DNA of 23,472 nt from Paraphysomonas bandaiensis (GCA_965644295.1 CBFFRP010000189.1:1-23472); one strand, 5' to 3'. Shown: positions 1 through 11,566, numbered from the stretch's first letter. Notes: generated by a model not told the origin, from the letters alone. A program made the numbers and translations.

Positions 1-278
1 ATAGACTTATGGACTGGTGCAAGTACTCATTTATTGATGTATGTAGTATGAAGTGCATTCGTTTACTTCTTATTTATTAGGCTTTACTAAATGTGGTCTT
101 TATTCATATTATATTTAAGAAAATGATGTATTAGACGGGAAATCTGAAATATGTTAGTGGTGTACACAGTCAGTTTTTCACTTAGGTAGTGGATATGGAT
201 ACTACTGCTAAGTATATATATAGTACATATTATTATACCCACAAAATATATATTACATAACCAATATAATACAAATGT

Positions 279-1499
279 TTATGATCGTATTAGAATCACA
301 AGACCCGCTCCACATGCATCCATACCAACAACATTTTTGCAGTCAAGAAGGCAAACTGATCCGGGACCGTCATTCGCGCTCGTTGGCTCATCCATACTGG
401 GCTTTACATTGGATTCATTAACACCAGATAAGGCACCGCTGCACAACAGCCAACATATCATATCAATAGGACAGAGAGCAAAGCATACTTACATCACGTA
501 CACTCTTTCAGAGTTCGTCCTCAAAGCAGTAAACCCAGAACCACAAGTTACTTGTATCACCTCATCGTCCTCACTCATCACCTCGTCGAGTTGATTTATT
601 CGGCGCGGTGTATCTTCCATTTCCTCCTTCCAACTGCCTAGCTGACCTGATTGTCCCCATCCCCAGGAGTATACGTCAGGAGAGCCCTTCGCAATCGCCA
701 CAGTGTGCCAGACACCACATCCGCAGAACTGCACTCCCTCTGATGTTCCATCTTGTCGCAGTTGTCCGACACCCTCAAGTGCTTCTACTAAAGTAGGGGT
801 GAGGCGATCTGATGATTCCGCAGCTGTGGCGGTATGATCTCCAAGACCCAATCTTCCATAAGCACCACAACCAAATGTATATAGCCTTCCAGAACTGGTT
901 ACAACAGCCGAATGCAGCGCTCCCGCAGATACACATACAACTTTTTCTTCAATTAATGCTTGGTCACGGGAATAGAGTACAGGTACTCTTTCTGGAGTGT
1001 CAAGCCAATCGGGTCGCATTCCAACACCAAGCTGCCCACTTTCGCCTCGTCCACAAGAAAACAATGACTGACAGCAGCTAACCAAAAGAACATGAGCAGA
1101 TCCCACAGCAACCTGACTAATTCCAACACGAATACAGAGTTGTTTCAACAATGGTAATTGCATAGCTCCATCGGGTAAAGATGGATTGATAGTATTCAAC
1201 CCGATCGTATACACACTCATCTCATCACCACAGAATGCAATCACATGCGAACCAGCAGCAACAGATGCATTGCACTGATTATCATGAATGGGTAATGGTT
1301 GCATACATTGGATGCAATCCCTTAACCATAACTCGTTAAATCTGTTTTGTAATACATGCAATGATGTGTTGCTATAGAGGACAACGTCTTCTTCAGTTAT
1401 ATGCACTGATACTGCACTAGCATCGCACTTTAGTGCATCTACAGACCTCTCTCTGCATTCTATAGACTGTGTTTTCCAGCCGAATACTTGTACTTGCAT
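279..1499 (-). CDS. RCC1/BLIP-II repeat beta-propeller protein (RCCD1/UVR8-like), ~388 aa, 2 exons
   Basis: RCC1 repeat signatures VAVGSAHVLL..LFSCGRGESGQLG, VSAGALHSAVVTSSGRLYTFGCGAYGRLGLG, GCGVWHTVA..VYSWGWGQSGQLG, VTCGSGFTA. Exons 1499-493 and 438-279; the intron 492-439 (GTAAGT...TGCAG, 54 nt) joins them in frame (..RVYVI|GALSG..LIRS*). Confidence 0.85.
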
Positions 1500-1893
1500 G
1501 GCATTATTGAGAACAGATAGTATAGGGGAGTGTTAATGGGAGTGGCAATGGTGCAGTGCAGTTGACTGTTGCTTGTGTGCTGTTGCTTGTACTTGTGTGC
1601 TGATGTCCTGGTGTACCTATGGACCATTAAGTGTGCTGTACCCTGTTCCTCGTCGTACCTGTAAATGGTATACCAGTACCTGCTGTATATACATCGTATG
1701 TACACATGTACCTGTATATTGTGTACCTGTACAGTCGTACCTATATCGTATATCTGTACCTATATATTGTACACCTGTACGCTTGTCCCCATATATATAC
1801 AGCAGTGCAGCATACACAGCAGTGTGCTGAGGGTTTGGTATGTATGTCTATCTTGTCGAGCATATCACACTCCCAGCTCACAATACCACCACC
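1500..1893. promoter_or_regulatory. Putative bidirectional promoter (RCC1-like / Vps39-like), rich in GTAC/TGTAC/TATAC motifs
   Basis: 394-bp spacer between divergent ATGs, with dense gtacct/tgtac motifs at ~1590-1800. Function is inferred from position only. Confidence 0.5.
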
Positions 1894-4800
1894 ATGAGAG
1901 AAATATACCGCAAGAGTCCACTACAAGGCTTCCAATCCACTAAAGTGAATATGCTTGATCCCCTCATACATATCTTACCCCTCTATTTCTATCAGGTGGA
2001 GAGTATAGCCTCAACAAGTGATGGAAGGAAACTATTCACAGGATGCTCTGATGGAACGATTGCATACTATGAATGTACACGTAATGGATCATCATCGAAT
2101 GGTAATACATCTGTAGTCATTGTATACATGATTTATGTATATTCTATATGATATTATGATGCAGCTTACTATGACTGTCATATGGTTGAGTTAATATCAA
2201 GATCCACACGTGAGAAGAAGCCAATTACTAGTTTAAAGGTTGTTGAGGTATGTCAGATCCTGTTTGTTTATGAAAGAAGTTAGATTACTGTATCAGGCCT
2301 GGAACGTGATGATTGGTATATGTGATTCATACGTGGTCGCAATCGATCTGCACTCATACACTGCTCTAAACCAAATGCCTGAAACAAAAGGCACAAATCT
2401 GTATTGCATTAACGAGAGAACATCGTTACTGTGCGTGGGTCAGAAGCACAAAATTAAGGTATTCTCCTGGCAGGGGGGAATGGGCGGTGGTTTTGTATTA
2501 AAAAAGGAGTTATCTTTTTCTGAGAGTCCGAGGTTACTGATGTGTACAGGAGGTGGCGGGGGATGTATAATCGCAGGATTTAAAAAGCATTACGATACCA
2601 TAGACGCTCATTCGTACGCCAACACCAAACTTCTCGACTTTGACCGTGAACACAAATTGGTATCCGTAGAAGTACCAGTTACTGCCACACGTCCAATGCC
2701 AAGTGTTATTCTGTCGGTGGGACAGCAGGGGAGTTTAGTTGATGTGTTCGGTGGTAATGGCGTTTCTCTCGAGGAGCGTATCGAGTGGGCGAGTCCACCT
2801 ATGGCCGCTCATGTTTCGGTTCCTTTTATTATATCAATGCTCCAAGATGCGATTGAGATACACGATATTGGTAGTCTTTCCTCCCTGCAGCGTATTCGGT
2901 TCCCAGCACCCGGTGCGCCAATCTCAATGAGTGCCATCGACTCATTTGCTGGAGGGGGTGGAAGCACATCAGCAGTCCTAGTAGCCAGTTCAGATGCTGT
3001 GCAAGTGTTGAGCATGGTCCCTTTGTCTCTCCAGGTAGGTGCGGCCGCTATCAGTCCGCTGATTAATAATATATTGCGTGGGACAGGTAATGCGACTTGT
3101 TGAAGAAGGTGCTTTCGAGGATGCTCTCAATATTTGCTCGTCTTGTCGTGCTCACGGTGGTGGTGGATCTTCTCAATTGGCAGATATTGACGTGCGCAAT
3201 ATTCACGAGAAGTTTGGATCGGTTCTGTACCGTCATGGTGACTTTGACGGAGCAGTTGTCAACTACTTAGCCGCGAACAGTGATATGGTTGAAGTTCTCC
3301 TTCTCTTCCCTGATTTTGTCCCACAGCAGCTGATAGCTGCAATGTTTCCCCAGGGCACACCATCCTATGTTTTAGGAGGAGTCGCTGTCCCATCTCCGCA
3401 GAGTCATACTAGACTGACAGGGGCTATATTGAACCGAGCATCAGCGGCTGTAGTTCAGTATTGCGAGAAAATGAGACCTAAGGTGCGTATCGTTGCATCA
3501 GGACATGGACATCAAATGTACAACTGCTCATCTATATATGTGTTCTTTGTTTATAGATTACTGAAGAAGCAAATAAAGCCGAAGGTCGACGGCCCATCTC
3601 CGCCATGGGTTCTTATGATCACTCACGATTAGGGGTAAGTACATGTCTATCAACAGTGTAGACGATTCGATTAATTACTGCCTTTTTTGTGGCTCTAGAC
3701 TTCCTTTGCTACCGCTGGTGATAATTCAGACTCGCCTTCTGAGGACCCTGTCAAGAGATCAGTTCTACTCGACACTGTATTGGTGAATGCCCTGGTGTCG
3801 TCGTCTTCGATTAGGTGTGTGTAACTCGCCCATCGTTGCAGTCAGCTTCTAAAGATGTGTTCTATTATAGTGCATCCCGACGAAACTCTGTTATAGAAGT
3901 CCTTTCTGGAAGCAATAGGTGCCATATTGAGTCATGCGCGGTTTTACTTGCTTCCCAGGGAAACTCATTTACAGGTGAATTTCTTGATCCTGAATAATCA
4001 GCAATATTTGTGACGCTTGCGCGTATTGTAGAAGCACTATTGTGGCTGTATCGCTCTCATGGAGAGCACCGACGTGTACTATCTGCCTTAAATGAAGACC
4101 GCTGTGTGGGAAGTGGTACAGCCTGGTCTAAGAGTTCGTTTTATCAGTGGACGGCTGAATATTTGTGCTGGCTATGGTTTTCAGAAGATACTACTTTGCC
4201 GCCTATGGTAATGCCTGCTCTAAAACCAGTTATTGAGTACGATGCTTGGATGGGACTAGGGGTACTTACGGGTGGTTCCAAGAGGCCCACTACAACAGGT
4301 GGTCGGGGGGTGGACTCTAAAGAAGTCGTCGCGTTCTTGGAGAGTATTAAAAATCCCGGAAATTCCTCTGAAAGTACCAAATCGAACCCTCTCCCACATT
4401 CCGCCTACCTTCCGTCTACTCCTCCTGTGCCCCTTCTGAATGGACGATCTCTGGCTGTCACTTATCTAGAGTGGCTGGTGGGGTCAGGATCCGCGTCCAC
4501 TGATGTACTGGACGAGTATGCGCAGGTATAATCACAATCCTGAGGGTAATAAATTTGTAATGGCCTCCGCAGTTGCTGATGGAAGGTGTTCCGCTACGAG
4601 ACACTGTAGACCATTCAAAGAACGACCTCACAATTCTTGATTCGGACAGTGATGAGCTGAGGATGTATAAGATATTCCGCACAAAGCTGCAAACGTTCCT
4701 TGAATCTTCATTGCCTTATCACCCTGAGAGGATCATGAAATTTCTTCCACAGGAACTTTTGCATGAGTATGCGTTATTGTTATCCCGCCTTGGAAGCCAC

Positions 4801-5425
4801 GAAGAAGTACTGACGATATATGTGCACCAACTGAGGGAAAGTGAAGCAGCTGAGGCCTATTGTGATAAGATATACAGGTGTGCCGTTCTTTAATATTGTT
4901 GTACCGATGTTTAATATGCGAGGGAGTAGTCAGCAGTTGAAGCGTGAGACAGAAGCCGCAAAGAGGGGAGAGCGGGCTGATATTCAGAATGAAGGCAAAG
5001 ACGTGTATTTGTGCCTCATCAAGGTTTGTGTATATTTCTTGCACCCCATGCTGTTCAGATGTTTCTGTCACTCAGGTTCAGCTAGCTCTTGCATCACCGC
5101 ATGCCTACCGAGATGATTCCACCAGCGTATCATCCTCTTTGACACAATTGGACGCCCTCCGACTAGCTATATCAACCGCTGAAAAGTATTTTGATCGACT
5201 GAATCCATGCGATGTGCTTGATATCCTCCCGTCTTCGGCGCCCCTGACTCTGCTTCAGAACTTCTTCAGTAAGTCTATCGAACACCAGAATTCAAAGAAG
5301 CGAAATATGCAGGTGATGTACGGAATTGGACATGCGTACAAAAGCTAAATTTTGTGTGATAGATACTTCATCAATTGTTACGGGTACACGAAGTAAACCT
5401 CAGAACGAATGATTCCGAGATTTAG
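1894..5425 (+). CDS. Vps39/Vam6/TGFBRAP1-like HOPS/CORVET subunit (CNH + Vps39_1 + clathrin-repeat region), ~954 aa, 13 exons
   Basis: Exons 1894-1944, 1996-2101, 2165-2247, 2297-3034, 3087-3482, 3557-3634, 3699-3814, 3871-3974, 4032-4525, 4573-4877, 4930-5023, 5076-5312 and 5363-5425, all GT-AG, total 2865 nt in frame. Family-typical segments: KLFTGCSDG, ETKGTNLY, IEWASPP, FEDALNIC, VLLLFPDF, ALLWLYRSHGEHRRVL, KLQTFLESSLPYHPE, EYALLLSRLGSHEEVLTIYVHQL..AEAYCDKIY, VLDILP. Confidence 0.85.
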
Positions 5426-6047
5426 CTTGCTTGTCAGGAGTGTTGCTTAGATAGTGTTGTGTAAGCGAATTTGTATAGGTAGGTGGTTCGAAGCATTTTA
5501 ACTGAAGAATTCCATGCTTCGGTCTATTTATTAGTGTAGCGAGCAGTATGATGGTGGCTTTGGAGATAATGAGATCGATAACATAATATGTATACCTTAC
5601 TTTCCAAGTAAATTAAATGTTGAGGACATTGCATGCCAAACTGTAGCAGGCTAATGCTAACCAGAGTAAGTAACTACTGCTTTAATAAAGCTATTATTAT
5701 AGTAATCGTCATGAAGCTATTTCATATGGGATGTATGCATTACGTATTACTCATCCCAGTCTAAAGAGTTGAACTACTTTATCATTTCAATTAGGCACAA
5801 CTATCTCGACTAATAACTGAAAAATCTTCTAACGAAAACGAGGTTGATAGTGTGCTTATGATATTCCCTCAGATAGATGATACATGCATACCCTGTAGCC
5901 TATAAGACATTTCTAATCTTTGTCTCTTGCCGGTGTGAGATATACGAGGTCATGTACTGCATATATTACTGTTATAGAGATCTGTTGGTGTTATTATGAG
6001 CAGGACTCATATGCAGTATGTCCCTCCATACATCTATGCATCTGCAC

Positions 6048-6083
6048 CACTACACAGTACACCACACAGTACACTACACAGTA
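6048..6083. repeat. 3 x 12-bp tandem repeat (CAC[T/C]ACACAGTA)
   Basis: cactacacagta/caccacacagta/cactacacagta read directly, followed by cagtac. Confidence 0.85.
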
Positions 6084-6418
6084 CAGTACCTTGATGGGAA
6101 AATCACCCGTTTTCTGTTGATTGTGAATTATGTTGCCTAAAACAACAGAATATAATGAAAAAACACCGATTTTTAGCCCAATAGAATATACCATATACAG
6201 CAGTATGGGCTGTAATTCAGAGCGGTACAGTTGTATCACGGAGAGGTACAGCGGTACAGTACAGCAGTACAGGCCTGTTAATACCAACATCTGCAATAGC
6301 TTCATCACTATACCATTTAACAGCTTCTTTTAATATCAATTGACCACATTGTATGTCTCTCTATGATAACTATCCTTAACACAAGCTTTTGCAATTAAAC
6401 TTTGCAACAGTTGCATCG

Positions 6419-6859
6419 ATGTGGATTACAGTTACTACCATACTCCCTGTGTGTCTATTAGTAGTCATCTGTGTTACTATCAAAGTCGTTCATTGGACTT
6501 TTGGAACATATTCTTTATTTGAAGCTTATGCAAAATTTAAGAAAATCAGAAGTTTAGAGAAGAGATATGACACTCTCTTTAGCCAGAGGGATAATCTAGT
6601 CTACCACATCGGGTGGTCCAAGGTAGACCATCACCACAATATAACGATATCTAACTCTATGTTTAGAGTCGCGGAGAGACTGAGCTCACACGAAAAATGA
6701 TGAAAGAGTTAGATATATTGGATGAAGTAATGCTGACTTGTACTGCTTTATAGATGTTTTTGACGATATTATTTACAGGATCTGGATGCTCTTGAGACAG
6801 AGCTGAAATATTTGCGGACGAATAAACAATTGTCGGACTTAAAAAAGCACGACATCTGA
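6419..6859 (+). CDS. Small hypothetical protein, 114 aa: N-terminal hydrophobic TM/signal anchor plus predicted coiled coil; 3 exons
   Basis: Exons 6419-6622, 6667-6726 and 6779-6859 with GT-AG introns of 44 and 52 nt give MWITVTTILPVCLLVVICVTIKVV...KIRSLEKRYDTLFSQRDNLVYHIGWSK|SRGETELTRKMMKELDILDE|DLDALETELKYLRTNKQLSDLKKHDI*. No family recognised. Confidence 0.7.
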
Positions 6860-7576
6860 AAATATTAATCCGGGAATACTTTATGATAGCGCTCAATATC
6901 GAACGAACCGTTTCGAAGAACTGAACATTATCACGAAGTGCACCATTATAAACTCGTAGTGATGCGTGATACCAAATAGAAAGTGTCGGTAATATACTTG
7001 AGCATAGAGTGAGTTACATTTAGTGATTATTTTTCATAAGCTTATAATAACTGCAATTTGAATCGATTAGAATTGAAATAGTGTTCCCCTGAAGTGTGTA
7101 AAGAGCTAGTTGAATTTTTCTGAACTTGCCTTGAAATTTGCGGTGGGTGTCTATGAGCGCATCACATCATGCATTACAAGTTGGTGTACTAGAAAGTTAA
7201 CATAACTGCGAGAAATAGTATAAAATGTTGTTCTATATTACGTTTGACAGTATTTGCAATTGATGGGTTTGGACGGGATTTTTCGTTCGGATCGTAGTTG
7301 TCTGAGCCGTAGTATCAATGAAAAAAGGTAGTGCTTTTATTTCACCATCATATGAAAGAATCCATGGTGTCGAATATAATAAATGATAACATTTGCCGTA
7401 AAATATCATAAGCAGGTATATTTGAAATTATTTACGAAATAACGACACTACGAAACGAACTGAACATACAACAATACACAAGTACTACTTATCAGTACAA
7501 CAGAAATATTATCGTAAACAGACCCTTACGCTTGAACATTCAAGCAGATAAGGGCAAAGGCTGTCTACAGACGGTG

Positions 7577-8820
7577 TTATTTCGAGCTCGTTGTACTAGT
7601 ACTATTTTCTACACATGTATTATTCTGTTTGAGATAATCACTGAACTGTGGGAAGACCTTGGACACCTTGTTGATGAGGTAATCACCATATGTGCCTGTG
7701 TACAGTACTGGATCCATGTTATCCCAACGACCAGCAACCCACCGCTTCCGGTTTGTTTCAGCCCGCTTCTGATCTTCCACACTTAGATGCTTCACAACAG
7801 ACACCATTTTAGCCTCGAAAGAAGGGTCAAAGAAGAAGGGAAATGATAGCCGACCGGCTGTAGCATCTCTACGCTGGGCAACTCTATGAGGAGTTGCGAG
7901 CAAAAGACCCCCCGTGTTGTGTTGCAACGCATCCCCTAGGTTCACAACGAAGGTGTCTGGAATGGGTGGGACATCCATCCAAACGGCCTCCTTGAGTCCA
8001 CTGTAGAGGTAACTCATCACAACGCAATAGTGCCCTAAATAATAAATACTTACTCGCGATGTGTCTTAACCTGCAACCCCCCAGAATCATCCTGCTTCAA
8101 TATGGTAAGATACCCGTAGTCAGTATGCTCCCCAACGGCCTGCGAATTAGGTCCAAAGGACTCGTTGTGTGGAGGGTAGTGGAATATCCTGAACAGAGTC
8201 GTAGGATCAGAAAATTGATCTCCAAATACATCTGAGGGGACATTCAGACTGCTAATAATAGCGTCCATCAATACAGATGCGAGCCTCTGCATCTCGTCCA
8301 TATAAGTTAGAACTGCCGGCTTCATTCGCTCGCCTATTCGTATAAATATAAGGAGAACATACGAAACTAGTTTGCTTGACATACCTAGAGGTCCACTGGG
8401 CCAGACATTCGCCCCATGCAATGGCCTAGTATCGTTCGATCGCAATTCCTTACCAAAATATATACCTTCTTTTTGGTCAGCTATATTGCTTGTCATCTCT
8501 TCACCACATAGAAAAGATCCCCTCCACGCCTTCCCCATAGCACTCATATGAATGGCTCTCTTCTCCTCATCTGATAGAGCAAAAAACTCATGTGATAATT
8601 GTTCTAAATCACTTTGAAGTCTCGTATCAATCCCATGATTCATAATATAAAAGAAACCATGTTGACGGCATGCATTGCCTATGGTTGTGATCGTATCTGA
8701 TCTATGAGCTGATGAGGAGGAGGACAATAAGGGAGATATGTCGATAACAGGTAAGTCATGTGATTCAGATGAGAGATAACTGTTCAGTGATGTGAGGATG
8801 ATAAGGAGCGTAAGAGACAT
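7577..8820 (-). CDS. 2-oxoglutarate/Fe(II)-dependent oxygenase, isopenicillin N synthase (DIOX_N + 2OG-FeII_Oxy) family, ~379 aa, 3 exons
   Basis: LPVIDISPL and ACRQHGFFYIMNHGI (DIOX_N); FRIFHYPP; Fe triad H-T-D (GEHTDYGYLTILKQD) plus H (ATPHRV); R-x-S (RLSFPFFFDP). Exons 8820-8385, 8333-8054 and 8000-7577 with GT-AG introns of 51 and 53 nt. Confidence 0.92.
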
Positions 8821-8895
8821 TGAGCTAATGATACATGAAGATAGATGATGAAGAACCTGCCTTGACAGCGATGAATAATGATAGCATTGTGATGG

Positions 8896-8897
<2 letters not shown>

Positions 8898-8927
<30 letters not shown>

Positions 8928-9945
8928 TGTATGTATGTATGTATGTATGTATGTATGTATGTATGTATGTATGTATGTATGTATGTATGTATGTATGTAT
9001 GTATGTATGTATGTATGTATGTATGTATGTATGTATGTATGTATGTATGTATGTATGTATGTATGTATGTATGTATGTATGTATGTATGTATGTATGTAT
9101 GTATGTATGTATGTATGTATGTATGTATGTATGTATGTATGTATGTATGTATGTATGTATGTATGTATGTATGTATGTATGTATGTATGTATGTATGTAT
9201 GTATGTATGTATGTATGTATGTATGTATGTATGTATGTATGTATGTATGTATGTATGTATGTATGTATGTATGTATGTATGTATGTATGTATGTATGTAT
9301 GTATGTATGTATGTATGTATGTATGTATGTATGTATGTATGTATGTATGTATGTATGTATGTATGTATGTATGTATGTATGTATGTATGTATGTATGTAT
9401 GTATGTATGTATGTATGTATGTATGTATGTATGTATGTATGTATGTATGAATGTATGTATGTATGTATGTATGTATGTATGTATGTATGTATGTATGTAT
9501 GTATGTATGTATGTATGTATGTATGTATGTATGTATGTATGTATGTATGTATGTATGTATGTATGTATGTATGTATGTATGTATGTATGTATGTATGTAT
9601 GTATGTATGTATGTATGTATGTATGTATGTATGTATGTATGTATGTATGTATGTATGTATGTATGTATGTATGTATGTATGTATGTATGTATGTATGTAT
9701 GTATGTATGTATGTATGTATGTATGTATGTATGTATGTATGTATGTATGTATGTATCTATGTATGTATGTATGTATGTATCTATGTATGTATGTATGTAT
9801 GTATGTATGTATGTATGTATGTATGTATGTATGTATGTATGTATGTATGTATGTATGTATGTATGTATGTATGTATGTATGTATGTATGTATGTATGTAT
9901 GTATGTATGTATGTATGTATGTATGTATGTATGTATGTATGTATG
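8898..9945. repeat. (TATG)n / (CATA)n tetranucleotide microsatellite, ~1.05 kb, ~262 units
   Basis: Near-perfect array; the only substitutions I see are T>A at 9450 and G>C at 9757 and 9781. Confidence 0.98.
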
Positions 9946-10002
9946 AGTGTGTAGGTACTGTGCTCTTGGTTTTAAGCTAGAGGTGTGTATATGTATCTGG
10001 TG

Positions 10003-10452
10003 ATGGAAGAACACGAAGAATTCATCAAGAAAACAATCGATCTCGCTCTTTCCGCTCGATCAAATGGAAACCATCCATTTGGAGCCCTTCTTGTCCATAA
10101 CAACACTATCATTCTAACAGCAGAGAACACTGTATGCACCCTCCATAATCCCACACAACACGCAGAGATGAACTTATTAAATAAAGCTCATGACACTCTA
10201 TCAGAGGACATCATTAAACAATCAACACTATACACAAGTTGTGAGCCATGTCCGATGTGTACGGGGGGTATCTTCTGGTCAGGTATACGCCGAGTGGTCT
10301 ATTCATTACCAGCTTTAACGTTAGGAGAAATAGCCGGTGATAAATTCTGTGGTCCATGTACTGATCTATTTGATAGAGCAGATGATAAGACAGAAGTTAT
10401 TGGACCGGTGTTGCAACATATGGGTGAGAGTGTACACAAAGATTTCTGGTGA
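10003..10452 (+). CDS. Zn-dependent CDA-fold nucleoside/nucleobase deaminase (TadA/guanine-deaminase-like superfamily), ~149 aa, intronless
   Basis: GNHPFGALLV, AEN, HAE (PTQHAEMNLL), TLYTSCEPCPMC, IFWSGIRRVVY, C-terminal EVIGPVL..VHKDFW*. An alternative in-frame ATG lies at 9991. Confidence 0.92.
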   Translation: MEEHEEFIKKTIDLALSARSNGNHPFGALLVHNNTIILTAENTVCTLHNPTQHAEMNLLNKAHDTLSEDIIKQSTLYTSCEPCPMCTGGIFWSGIRRVVYSLPALTLGEIAGDKFCGPCTDLFDRADDKTEVIGPVLQHMGESVHKDFW

Positions 10453-11566
10453 ACTTCCACTGCTGAGAGCACTTAACACCACAGCTCTGTGGGGTAGTTT
10501 CTAGTTTTCCGAGTTGTATTATTAGATATGTGGAAATATTAATGACTAAATATAAATGTAGGATGTGAAGTCAGGTACTCCTACCTCCATTTCATATAAC
10601 TAATTAAAGTCTGTTACAATAAACGCAAGGAAGAGGCACACGAGCTTAATAAGTGAAAGGAGTTTACATATTCTTAACAAATTATTAGCCGATATACCGA
10701 TTTCGAATTTATCAATCACTGTATAATGACGACTATCTAGAGTGAGTTTTGTTAAACAGTTCCCGCCCCTCACAATTTTCATGCGATTAATACAATAAGT
10801 TATACCTGATACTTGGCAAAGAAAGAAAATATCCTTGAAGCATAGAGAACTAATATAAGCCAATTGAATTCACACCATGTATTGAAACAATGAGAGACGC
10901 AAGTGCCACACGACTACTGCCTGTTGAGTTTTGTTGTTTGTAAGCAATTAAAAAATTGCTGCATTTCTAAGAAGGTATTTGAATTTTTTGAATTATGGCC
11001 GTATGGCCATTACTTGAAGAATACAGTAGTGTTTAACAGAATTAGTACATGAACTAATGACATGTTTGTAATTATGGTAGTAATATATAATATATTGACC
11101 ATATAAGATCGTGCCTATCAAATACCGTAATTGAGAATGATAGGTAATTGAGAAAAAATGAATTTGGTGAATGACAATAATAAATGATATGAAATATTGA
11201 TTATAATTGAGAATTGAGTGAATACATCGTTCACTTAATTAGTTTTATACCGTCCACAGTGTCGAATGTTCAAATGGTCATAGCTCATGCATTATAAATT
11301 TCGTGAAGAGCACAACTCACAACTCGAAACTTCTCTATACTAGTATTGTATCAACAAAATTAACGTGTCATGGCCAGACACAACACTCGCTAAAAGTTTA
11401 TTATTAGTAAATTGTTGTCCTGTCGCTACATACCATTCACTCAAAAGTAACAGGACAAAAATACTATCCAGATAAAGTATTATAACAATTCAATATGCAA
11501 ACAACCACCACAATGTACGCTGCATCGTACCACATCCCAGTATAGATACACATGTGATCACAGGGC

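Noticed and set aside
1460-1943. Cluster of overlapping Y/C/T/V-rich short ORFs (similar ones at 5920-6333, 16020-16414, 19312-19710)
   Set aside because: By-products of RY-alternating, stop-poor promoter-like sequence; no protein-like features.
5483-5521. GGTTCGAA B-box-like motif and 8-bp inverted repeat (cgaagcat/atgcttcg) suggesting a tRNA or SINE
   Set aside because: No cloverleaf, A-box or acceptor stem could be built; likely chance in a 3'UTR.
8898-9945. Telomeric repeat
   Set aside because: Internal position between intact genes and no G-run typical of telomere units.
8835-10014. Long (MYVC)n and (HTYI)n ORFs
   Set aside because: Stop-free translations of the (TATG)n microsatellite in several frames; no evidence of coding.
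10600-10863. 87-aa minus-strand ORF in the convergent spacer (also 18514-18696 on +)
   Set aside because: AT-rich, no recognisable motif; the 87-aa ORF also lacks an ATG start.
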